A DNA stretch of 64,000 bases. Origin: Paramecium tetraurelia (lineage: Eukaryota). The DNA lies in contig CT868654.1 of NCBI GenBank assembly GCA_000165425.1, positions 186,001 through 250,000 on the forward strand. Direction: 5' to 3'. Of the stretch, positions 54,540 through 64,000 are shown in pieces. The first letter of the stretch is position 1; every line of letters begins with the position of its first letter. Under the pieces are notes generated by a model, which was given only the letters and a program-made list of their open reading frames with translations, was not told the origin of the DNA and did no database searches. The translations under genes were made by a program, and so were the position numbers.

Positions 54540-55232
54540 TAACTTTTACAACCACAAATGATGGTTGGTTTTAATTATAATTATCTTAAATATACCTCCT
54601 ATTATAATTTTTATAATATTTCAATACAAAATGTTATGAAAAAAAAGTAATATTCTTTAAGGACTATCCAAAATATTATTTAAATACTGTTATTATGGTG
54701 TTTTTAAAGGATAATAAGATTTAAAAATATATACATAATTTGTAATGTAATTCTTCTAGATGAGAGGAACTAATTATTCAATTTTTGTAAAAGTACTAAA
54801 ATCCTTACTCTTTAAATTTATAAGTAACTACTAAAATAAAAAAATTATTAATCATTTAGCTTGGAAATAATAATTAAAATAATATTATTAAAGATTATCA
54901 TAGTAAAAATTATAAAGTTAACTAGTTTATATATTCATAATACTCATTAAAATTTGGTGAAAAATAATCTCTTGCTTTAATCCAAAAAATTGAAGAAGCC
55001 AAAGTCATTATTATTGAATTCCAGAAATTATATTTTGTTTTGTAATTAGGTAATTATTATCATAAAATATGTAATAGGGCCAGATAGATGAAGTCCCCTT
55101 TTTAAATAAAAAGATAATATACATGATTTTGGTGATCAAAGAGTTTAACAAATTAAATAATTGAGAATATGCAGTTATTACGATTAAATGTAATTAGAAT
55201 GTATCTGAATAGATCCATAATATAATAAAATA

Positions 55233-55640
55233 TATAAATATTTAGATAATTCATGCAAATGTCAACATAAATATTTCACATTCTGCTATATTTGGACTTG
55301 ATTAACCAAATAAATGTGTACTCCTATTACCAACTTGATATTAATCATATGAATATGAATGTCCTAAACTAGAACTACCATTTTGAAAGTCTTGCTAGAT
55401 ATAAAAATCATGACCACCACCAAAAGTAGGTCCATATGATTGATTACAATAAATGGCATTACATTTGTTTCCCTCTTTAATTGGAAATATTTATATTTAA
55501 TCTTGAGTCTATGAAAATATAAAAGATGATAACGTATTTTCATATATGTAACCACCCGAACAATTTGCTATCCATTAACAAGGAGAAAATGCACCAAAAA
55601 TATTTCCACTTTTTGATTTAAATATCATTAATAAGTTTGA
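55233..55640. repeat. Duplicated TLDc-coding block plus 3' flank; second copy at ~58070-58480
   Basis: Long exact matches, e.g. 55572-55640 = 58412-58480. Confidence 0.9.
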
Positions 55641-57702
55641 GAGTTTATCAACAGATTTCCAAAATGCCTAACCATTTAAGTCATTGTTTTCTCCAGAGAA
55701 AATGAAATATTGGTTTTTTACCTTCTTATTTGTTTTAACTTCAATATTTTTCAAAATTTTATTAAAATGATCATCTTTTAATAATTTATTTATCCCAATT
55801 GTCCATTGAATAGTTACAAATGAATAAGCAGATTTTAATTCTTCTAACAAAGCATCATGCTTAAATTAAGTATTCTTTAATTCTTAATCTTTGCTTTATA
55901 ATTATTAATTTGTTTAAGCTAAATTCGATTAAGTATTTTAAATTGATTGATTTAATTCTTTTATTTTCTTTTATAACTAATCCTATAATTATTAATATTA
56001 TTGTTCTTATTCTTTCAATTTGATAGTTAAACTATCAATTTATTCAGTATTTTATATTTTTTAATTTGTTAGTTCCAATTCATTCCTTTTTATTTCAGTT
56101 AATTCTTAATTTAATTATTTTAATTTTTCCGACTGTTCTGTAATTAATTTACCTTATCCTGATATTTATGATTACCAATTGTTAGTTTTATTCTTAAATA
56201 ACTTTTAATATTTTTAATTGTCTTCAGCTAAAATTAATATTTACATTAAATTAGAATTAGATTAAAATGATTAATATTCTTTTTAAAATGTTTAAGATTC
56301 TTCTAAAAATTATGAAAATTTAGCTTCATTTATCTCTTGTTATCAATTTTTATAAAAATTAAAAGAGTCATTAATAATTTGAGTAATATATTCTAACAAT
56401 TTGAATTTTTTAATCATAGACTTTTCATCTAATTAATTCAAATTTGAATCTATTGAATCAATATCATTAATAGTTAATAATTCTTATTAATTATCAATAA
56501 AAACATTGATTATGTTATATTTAGTTAAGATATTCTATTTAATAAGATAATCTAAATTCTATTTTAAATTAGTATAAAATATTGAATCTTCTTAATTTAA
56601 TTTTTCTAATTATTTTTTTTAATTTAAATGTTAATCTTTTTAGCTTAAAATATTTAAAACTTTTAATATTTCTTATTCATCTAATTCATCTATATTTAAA
56701 TTCTTTTAATCATTTTCTATTAATATTATTTATGAATCTAATTTAAATTATGCTTCAAGAGATTAAATTATTTCATTTATTCGATTTTTAACTGAGTGTT
56801 GAAATTCAGAAACTATTTAAACTCCTAAATCAAACTTTGATTATCTATGATTTTTAAAATCTGAATTCATTTTATATTATTATTCTTTATATTGATTCCA
56901 TCTTTTATAAGCTTCTTTTAATGAAACATATTTATTAGGAAATTGTTAAATGCATTCAACACATGCTAATCTATTTTATTATTCACTGTCACATCTACTT
57001 ATATCAACCATTATTATCTCTTATTCATGTATTTTACAAACTTATTTTAAACTTGGAGTTCTCTATATTATAATTTATGATTACATATTTATCTATTTTT
57101 CCAAATTCTAATTGTATTGAAAATTATTATTTTATTTTTTTTATCTATGAATATATTGATGAGATTTATTAAGAAATTGATATTTAATGAAGGGATTGCT
57201 CAAGTTAATCTAAAAACTATGAAATAGTTTCTGAATTATATGATTAATTAGGAATTTCAAATTGATTATTTCCTTTATAAAGGCTCGATAGAATTGGAAT
57301 GTCTTCTTCCAAATTTATTGAATCCATTTGTTAATCTCTTAATTCTATTTCTTTCTCACCCTCAATAATTTGTTGATTAATATTATTTTACAATTTACTT
57401 ATCACTTCCTTTGTTAGTTAATCATAATCTAAAATAGATTATTAAAGTTATTTTATATTATTCACTCTTACTTAGGTCATGTCCTAAGTTATCTTTTTGG
57501 CTTTACTCTTCATTTCTTTAATCATATCTATGGTGTTATCATACAACACAATTGTGTTTATTCCAATCTTGTCGATTAGACACTAAACACATAAATATTT
57601 ATCATCTTATTTCTCCCTCTGGGATTAAGTAAGATCAATAGCAATAATTTCTATATTTTCATGAATTAAGCATGTTCTTTATACTGTTTCCTAGGTAGAC
57701 AT
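55251..57702 (-). CDS. TLDc-domain protein A (two N-terminal CxxH..CxxC modules, long coiled coil)
   Basis: TCLIHENIEIIAID..YLCVQC; 22-nt intron 57063-57084; TPSLKQVCKIHEQ..LACVEC; TLDc FWKSVDKLSNLLMIFKSKSGNIFGAFSP...GPTFGGGHDF...CEIF. Confidence 0.85.
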
Positions 57703-58087
57703 TTAATTTTCTATTAAAAGTTAATTATTTAAATAAAACAAAGAAGAATAACAAGTAAATTTGGTTTAAAATAAGATAATAATTTTATTTTAATTCGATT
57801 AGTCGATTTATTGAATATATTCATCATTATTTAAGATTATATATTGTATAAATTAAGATAATATCTTTACTAATCTTTTTTATAGATCAAGAATGATCTC
57901 ATCTTGAACTATATAATTTATTCAATTTCTCAAATCCAATATTCGCATCTGATCTTTCAAATATAATACAATTTAACGATAAAAGATTGTTAAATATTAT
58001 ATAGATTTAAATTAAAATTTACGAGAAAACTAACAGAACTTTTAATTTGAATGAATAAATAATAGAAAATATAAATATTTAGATAAT

Positions 58088-59391
58088 TCATGCAAATGTC
58101 AACATAAATATTTCACATTCTACTATATTTGGAGTGGATTAACCAAATAAATGTGTACTCTTATTACTAATTTGATACTATTCACATGAATATGAATGTC
58201 CTAAATTTGAGTATCCACCTTGGAAGTCTGAATTAATTTAAATATCATGACCACCACCAAAAGTAGGTCCATATGATTGATAACAATAAATAGCATGTTA
58301 TTTGTTTCCCTCCTTAATTGGAAATATTTATATTTAATCTTGAGTCTATGAAAATATAAAAGATGATTTATTATTATTATCAAAAATGTATCCACCCGAA
58401 CTATTTGTCACCCATTAACAAGGAGAAAATGCACCAAAAATATTTCCACTTTTTGATTTAAATATCATTAATAAGTTTGATTGATTATTTACTTTATTCC
58501 AAAAGGCTTATCCATTCAATCCATCTCGATAACTCAAATATATTTTTTAATAATTAATATTTATTTTATTTATTTTGGATAAAATTGTACAAAGAATCTT
58601 ATATTAGTATTACTCTTACAATAATTATGTTTCCAAAAAATTAAATTATTTAAACGTTATTAAATTTATTTACTCTATGAGCCCTAATTAGCTAATGCTA
58701 AATGATTTCAATTAATCTTGCAACTTTTGACATTCTGGATAATATTATTATTTTAAATCTTTAAATTCTATTCTTAAATACTTCATTTTATCAAATAATT
58801 AAAGATATAATTCTGTATGATCCATCTTTTTAAGATCTTGCAAATATTAATATAAAATCTTTTCATTCTATTCCATAATTTGAGTGTTTATTGAATCTCC
58901 TAAATTTTCAAGATTTTCTATTATTTATTTAAATTAATCAAATTTGATTAACTATTATTTTTTATATAAATTACTTTTTCTAATTCATCCTTAAATTTCT
59001 ATTTCATATTTAGAAATTACTTTGCATAATATTCTAATTCTTGTTAGACTAATTGGAAAGAATTTTAAATGTTGGTAATTTGAGTGTTGATATCTTTGAG
59101 AATATTTTTTATGCAGTTCTCATTAAGTTTATCAAATTCATTTAATTTTTATTTTGGTTAAGTGGAATAATTCATATTGGGAAGAAGTAATTAAGGAGAT
59201 TTAAATGCCTTATAGATTAAATTTTGAAATTATACACTCTTAATGTGAATTAATCTTTAAATATTCAGATTTTAGTTTATCTCATATAATTACAAGCAAC
59301 ATTCCTCGCAAATAAATTCTGCTTTATCTTAATCTAGTTTGATATAAAGAATGTAAGATCCTTTATGTTTCAAGCATGGTATAAAAGGCAT
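58088..59391 (-). CDS. TLDc-domain protein B
   Basis: MPFIPCLKHKGS..FICEEC; TLDc RDGLNGQAFWNKVNNQSNLLMIFKSKSGNIFGAFSP...GPTFGGGHDI...CEIFMLTFA. Confidence 0.85.
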
Positions 59392-59677
59392 TTGAAATAT
59401 AAATATTATATAATTTATTAAATTAGAATTTCAGATAAATTGTAAAATAATAAACAAATGCTTGAATCCCAAGAATCTAAATTGCTTATATCTATTCTGT
59501 AGATTCAAGAAAAAGAGAGACCTATTTATTTATTTGTGAAAAATTATAGAATAATCAACAGAAATAATTCAAATACTATTTTGTGGAGCATCAATAGTAA
59601 ATAAAGAATATTAATAAATTAATTAACTTAATATATTTAATAAGAATAACAAGTGATTCTCATTATAAATTAATAAA

Positions 59678-61186
59678 TCAATGCTATTTTTTTAAGTGTT
59701 ATTAAATCATATGTTATTTTACTAGTAGGTTATGTTATAAATTTGATATTTTATCATCTGTAGTCTAATTACCAGTTGCTTTATTGAACCTATCAGTATA
59801 AAGCTTTCTTTTGTCTTCATAAAGAAATTTATTATTAGATTTTGGCTATGGGGATTACGTAATTTGTGTTTGAAGAAATGAACTAATTTGGCCTTATGGA
59901 AATACAGAGTGTGTTTCTTACATTCTAGCTCCATCACTAGGCGTTCTGACATGTTAATAAGTAATCATCATATTAGAAACAAATTATGGACTCTATTATA
60001 ATAGATCATCTTGTGGAGTTAAATTCTGTTTCAATGTCCTTTCTTCCAAATATTGAGCTAGCTTTTCTCTCAATGCAGTTGAATCTTCTTTGACTAATCT
60101 AGGTGATGTATAAATGTGTTAATGACTCTATTCTAAAACAAGCTTCATCTCTAACATATCTCTAAAAAGATGATCAACTTTTGGATGTTTCTTAAAATAC
60201 TCCAGAGGTGGTTAAGTTACTCTGTATTTATCGAGTAATCTTTATCCTTTTCCATTATCTCTGCTTTCTTTCATTTAAGTTAAGGTAGTTCTAGGTTCAT
60301 CTAGACTTTTTAAGACGTTCGATACTTTAGCTTAATTAAAGTTATGTGATATAATTTAGTGTGTAACTAATTTGGCTCTTGGAGTAGCTTTATTGCTAAG
60401 GTTTAAGAGTGAATTAATAGATGGTGATAATTGGTTGAGATTGAATTTTATGGAGTTTGGAAATCGACCACTTCTATCTGATCTATTTTCCAGTCTAGTT
60501 AATTATTATGGGGGTTGTTCAACAAGGATGGGTTCACTTTATTATTTCTTCTATTTTTTTCTAAATCTTAACTCTTTTTAAAATTAAGTGGCGCCTTAGA
60601 CTTAGGTTAATTCTGGTATGCTAACATTAGGGAATAAGTTAGTTTAAGTTTGTTGCATCTATTATTTTTTGAGATTCTTTTTTTAGAATGAATTGAGTCT
60701 ATAATCCAAGTATCTGTTGTTAAGATACATATCGACTTGTTATTAAACGAATTCATCTGAGACATAGAATCCATTAATATAATACAATAGAACATGGTAA
60801 GAGTTGAAAAGGAATCTTTGATCAATTTTGTTTCTTTCTTCTTGTGTTTGTAATTTAAATATTGTGCTGTGTATTAAAAACCAGACTGCTATTAAGATGA
60901 AACTTACCATTTCATCTTTTGGTTAAGGTAGTTCATTGAATATCTTCCAATATTGCAAATGCAACTTATGACTTAATTAATAATTCTGTTTCATAAGCAC
61001 AGTCGTGTTTACTAATTCTAAACATGTCAATACGAATTCAACAAAAGATTCCAATTGCAAACATTCGCAATACTTCTGTCGTAAATGTGGTTTACTCATC
61101 TCTACTTTTAATACGCAATCTGCATGTTGATAATTCAGATAGCTTTCCAATGATTCTCTAATGATTACTTCACTATTATCTAACAT
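59678..61186 (-). CDS. Hypothetical protein
   Basis: MLDNSEVIIRESLESYLNYQ... open in ciliate code with at least one intron; ends HLKKQH-TGA. Confidence 0.6.
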
Positions 61187-61362
61187 ATTATTATTAATAA
61201 ATTATGAGTTATATTGAATAATATCATTAAAACAAGAAAGAATGCTACTGAATCTCTAATAATACGACTAATAGTTCTGGTCTACTCAAATACTCAATGA
61301 AATCTAAATCCCTAACAATATAATATAAAAATGCTTTATTATATTTTAAAATTTGAACGTTA

Positions 61363-63190
61363 ATGAGCAATGCTGATATTCAACATACTGAAACCCATAC
61401 TTAAAGAAGGCCTACCACTGCTTCCCTTCAACACTCAGTTTAGAATTCTCATCCAATATCCCCTCTGAAATACGATTATTTGGTCACATAGCACACTCAA
61501 AATTCTATATCACCATTGAGATAATCAAATTAGAAGAATAGATTTGTACAACCATTTAGTTCCTTAGCCATAATATCAAAATAATAAATTGATAATGACT
61601 ATAAGAAACTCTCCTTGCAATCTCCTGCTCAAGTCTTCGTAAATGTAACCAAATTTTTATATTAAGTGTTTACCACCAAAGGCGCCTGAATTGTATAGAT
61701 CTACAAATTCCCCAACAAGAATTGGGTAATATAATTCTAAGACTCAAGTTTCAGAAAGAGGAATGGATGATAAATTATCTGAATTTTCACTCTAGCTCGT
61801 TAATTAACAAACAGTTGAGGATAGACTAAAAATGCAAGATGCAAATCTATTGCAGTTCAAATAGATTAAATTCAATAAACACAGAAATAGTGACTAAGAT
61901 TTCAAGACTTAATAGAATAGATTATCTGTAAGGGATGAAAACATCCAACAATCTATTGCCTATAGTTAACACACAACTAAAAATGGTTACAACAATTGTG
62001 ATTTACAAGGCAAATATGATAAGCTAAAGGAGGAATATGACTTATAACATAAGTTCCTATAAGAGAAAGAGAAAGCCTATAATGACCTCTAATTAAAGTA
62101 TTAATAGTTATAAAGATTACAATAATAATATCAATCCAATAACTCAGAATCAGATTAACAAACTATAAAATAATTAAGAGAGAAGCTACTACTGAATGAA
62201 GAGAAATTATAAGAATACTCAGTTGTACAGTTTCAAATCCAATCATTAAAACAGCAAAAGGCAGAAGTGGAAATGAAATAAAATAGATTATTAACTGAAA
62301 ATTAATAATTAAAAAATGAACTAACACAATTATAATAGTCATTATCAAATTGTAAGACCTAGGTGACATAAGTAAAGGAACTTGAATTGTTAGTGGAAGT
62401 ATGTTAAAATGATTAGGATGGATTTATCAAATCTTTAGAAAGCAAAGATGCTGAAATTTAATACTTAAAAAATAGATTACAAACTTCATAGGAACAACTA
62501 TTGAAATTCAAATCAGACAATCTTAAGCTATTTAATGAATTGTAGAACTTACAATAAGAGATCAAGAATATGTAATCAGCTGTTTTGTAGTCCCAGGAAG
62601 TCATGAAAACAAATTAATAACTTACTTTAGATATTGAAAATTTAGAATTAAGCAAGAATGTGTTATAAGAACAAATGGAGAACATTCTTGATCAATATAA
62701 GAGATTAAGTAGCATCAATGAAACACTGAAATAATAGTATTAATCATCTCAACAAGAAGTTAATTAATTAAAAACTATATTTGAGAATGAGAAATAAAAT
62801 TATGAATAATAAATTTAAGATCAGAAGTACGTGATTGAATAACAGGACAACGATTTGTAAAATGCCAAGATGGAGAATGAATCCAATACCTAAAAAATTA
62901 GTGAATTGACATTATATTATCAAGCTCAATTTGCAGAACTATAGCAATCTTTGGATAATTGGTTTAGATAATAAATTGAGACTGAACTTAAGAAAGTTGT
63001 AGATCCAATTACAGAAGAAAGAGACTACTATTAAGAGAAATTTAAGGAGGCAATGCAAAAATGTGAATCATTGGAAGATCAGAATTAGGATATCATTGCT
63101 GAATATGAATCATTAACTAGCAAACATTTAGAGTTGAAGATGTTGTTCGATTAGATTAAGACGATTTCCTAAACTTAATTGAAGAACTGA
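61363..63190 (+). CDS. Long coiled-coil protein
   Basis: MSNADIQHTETHTQRRPTTAS...; extended Q/E/K/L heptad-rich region; ends QTQLKN-TGA. Confidence 0.65.
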
Positions 63191-63238
63191 ATTGCACAAT
63201 TATACTTATTATAATTATATATTAAAATAGTTAAAATA

Positions 63239-64000
63239 ATGCTCAAAAAATATCTCTCGTCGTATTATTCTAACGAATAAATAAGATCCAAAAAAGTCAA
63301 TCTAAAGCCCAAACTAGACTTTTAAGGATTTACTAAAGCAAGTATTATTATTGTAGCACCTTAGAATTCATTAATTAAGATTTAACTTAAAGAACTATAG
63401 ATTATAGTTCTCCAAAAATTAAACTCAATTTGGGGTCCATTGATAATCAACATCCCCCAATTATTAAGCCTCAAAGTAAACAGACTAATTTAAGTCTATA
63501 TGCACAATAAATATTGTCTAGTAATTAAGTAAATTCATCATAGAGAATAATAATCAATCATCCATCGACAATACACCTAAGAAAGGATTGGATCTACTCA
63601 TAACAAAGAGGGATGAAGCATACAAATATAGATCTGTTTCATAAACACAAAGAAATCAATTAATTAAGCGATAAAGTAGTGAAGAAAAATGTAAATCAAG
63701 TGAACGAATCAAAGTTATAGATGTATTTAATTAAAGTCCTAAACATAACAAATAACCAACATCTTATTAAACATATATAACAAGCAAAGAAATCTTGAAA
63801 GTTAAACTTAAATAACAACAATAGAACATACAAAGCAAATCTTCCAAGATCTCCATTCATATCGTAACATTTTATATGCTATTATAGAATAATGCCTAAT
63901 AGTAATAATGTATTAAATAACCTATCTCAAGTAGACTTAATGAATCTAGAGATATACTATCTTAAATGAGAAGGAACTCTATAAATACCTAAAAGTTGAA
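63239..64000 (+). CDS. Hypothetical protein (runs off the window)
   Basis: MLKKYLSSYYSNEQIRSKK...; Q/N/K-rich open frame to the window end. Confidence 0.5.

Noticed and set aside
55074..55135. SECIS- or ribozyme-like hairpin (ATGAAGTCCCCTTTTTAAATAAAAAG)
   Set aside because: Helix geometry does not fit SECIS, there is no linked in-frame TGA gene and no hammerhead core
57063..57150. Apparent +1 frameshift at AAA-TAA (Euplotes-like) in TLDc gene A
   Set aside because: A canonical 22-nt GTA..TAG intron (57063-57084) restores the frame, and TAA is Gln here

Overview
This is AT-rich, gene-dense eukaryotic DNA that reads as a ciliate macronuclear chromosome segment, most likely Paramecium. TAA/TAG are read as Gln, TGA is the only stop, introns are tiny (~20-30 nt GT..AG) and intergenic spacers are very short. 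The supplied standard-code ORF track is therefore mostly fragments or artefacts, and I re-translated by hand with the ciliate code. About 40 protein genes can be traced. They include an Alba/Rpp25 protein with an (R-D-N)n tail, a MORN protein, RSPH9, an NDUFC2-like protein, two DENN proteins, Fab1/PIKfyve, CFAP210-like, a filter-less CNG/KCNH-like channel, HP1-like, ABHD17-like, CFAP77, MSI4/RBBP4-like WD40, DUF1765-like, Myb, NAAA/acid ceramidase, an EF-hand protein, a TM-RING E3, a RanBP2 zinc finger, a DHHC palmitoyltransferase, a Qc-SNARE, an AGC kinase, a PX protein and two TLDc proteins. There are also three identical, dispersed 5S rRNA genes. The most notable observations are: (1) a dispersed family of three ~110-aa helix-turn-helix proteins sharing one intron position and a C-terminal motif; (2) 5S cassettes with fixed-spacing upstream elements and mosaic flanks; (3) a candidate structured element at ~32.2 kb; (4) an ATGA stop/start overlap. 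Family assignments rest on motif recognition from memory, with no database search. Regions ~23.0-23.6, 31.5-32.9, 33.3-34.6, 35.7-37.1, 37.6-38.2 and 49.4-50.7 kb remain unresolved.
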